NCBI GenBank assembly: GCA_010356995.1
Contig: ML996698.1
Coordinates: 617,923 to 681,922 of the forward strand
Reading direction: 5' to 3'
DNA length: 64,000 nt
From: Trichodelitschia bisporula
Lineage: Eukaryota
A program made the translations under genes and the position numbers. Within the stretch, counting starts at the first letter, position 1, and each line of letters begins with the position of its first letter. Shown in pieces: positions 63,049-64,000 of the stretch. Under the pieces are notes generated by a model that worked only from the letters and a program-made list of their open reading frames with translations, ran no database searches and was not told the DNA's origin.

Positions 63049-64000
63049 ATGGCTGGCAGCCGCCTCGAGATCGTAGAGGTTGATGAAGCTGGTAACACCA
63101 CTGCAACGTACATCACAAATGAAGGAAGTGCAGGCAAAAAGCCCGACCCAAGTAGTCGGGTCGACGTTATCGTACAGCGCCGACTCCTACCCGACCGTCA
63201 AGCTACTAACGTCGGCAGCTTCCACAGGATCCGAAGTCCTTGTGGCAAAAGGGTCTGGATGTGTTCCTTCCTGCTGGCTATCCGCAGAGCGTAACGGAGG
63301 ACTACATGGCGTGAGTAACTAGGATCTAGAACTAAACTACAGTGTTCTAAGGAGAAGCAGCTATCAAATCTACGTATGGCGCAAATGACTGGACGCTGAA
63401 TCATGTCTGATGCCCAAAGGACTCGCTGCAGGCCTTCTCTAGCTCCATTGCGGGTCTTCTGTCAGGGAGAGCCGTACTTCAAGGTGCGTGACCCCTCGCT
63501 GGGCTCCGAAGCCTGCGCAAGTCGCTGGTCCCGCCTAACCAATGGAGCCATAGGCGTCGGTGTTGGCGATGCTTCCGCAACGCCAACGGCAGCACTGCTC
63601 TACACGGTACTTCAAGAATCGGCGGGCCGCCTAGCCACGATCCTCTTTGCATACAGGCTTGGTACAGCGTTGGAGCCCGAGTGCAAAATGTACCGGCTGG
63701 CGGCCGACATCTTCAACGACGCGGCAATGATTCTCGATTGCCTGTCGCCCGTCTTCCCTAAGCCCATTAGGATCGCGATCCTTAGTTCATCAAGCATCCT
63801 AAGAGCGCTTTGCGGCGTCGCCGCAGGCAGCTCAAAAGCCAGCCTTAGCGCTCACTTTGCGAAATGGGGAAACCTCGGAGAATTGAACGCTGTGAGGGAT
63901 TGGGCGCTGAAACGTGGCTCCGCTGATGGAAGCTGACGATGCTGCAGAAAGATTCAAGCCAAGAAACGGTGATTTCGCTCATTGGAATGCTTGTATGTCC
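63049..64000 (+). CDS. RUS1/DUF647 (root UVB sensitive-like) protein, 5' part, multi-exon
   Basis: Spliced DVFLPAGYPQSVTEDYMAYQIYDSLQAFSSSIAGLLS, GVGVGDASA, LEPECKMYRLAADIFND, SLSAHFAKWGNLGELNAKDSSQET. Confidence 0.9.

Overview
Eukaryotic DNA from a filamentous ascomycete (Pezizomycotina; short GT-AG introns with CTAAC/CTGAC branch sites). Positions 1-50.8 kb are a gene-dense housekeeping block. It holds ECT1-like, PCS60-like, SPF45-like, a branched-chain aminotransferase, CIA1, PBP1/ataxin-2, BUD6, UTP25, eIF3f, AHC1-like, Kish, TAF13, AVT2-like, an orphan basic protein, RTT106-like, an S10 carboxypeptidase, a CFEM GPI protein, a PQ-loop transporter, a Mid2-like sensor and PTC5. Two small multi-exon genes (Kish, CFEM) are absent from the ORF track and were assembled by hand. 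From about 50.8 to 63 kb there is no recognisable gene. That interval carries two copies of a young non-LTR retrotransposon with (TTA)n tails (one with a 14-bp target-site duplication, one nested in a short inverted-repeat element), a RIP-like TpA-rich relic, and a family of 160-210 bp fold-back palindromes. A RUS1/DUF647 gene starts at 63049 and runs off the window. I found no convincing rRNA, tRNA or CRISPR, and no unambiguous new multi-gene system. The best leads are a GAG 3' splice site in the AG-selection factor SPF45, a GC-AG intron plus mitochondrial and peroxisomal signals in PTC5, an S10 peptidase with altered active-site motifs, and the fold-back family. All gene identities come from motif recognition, not database searches.
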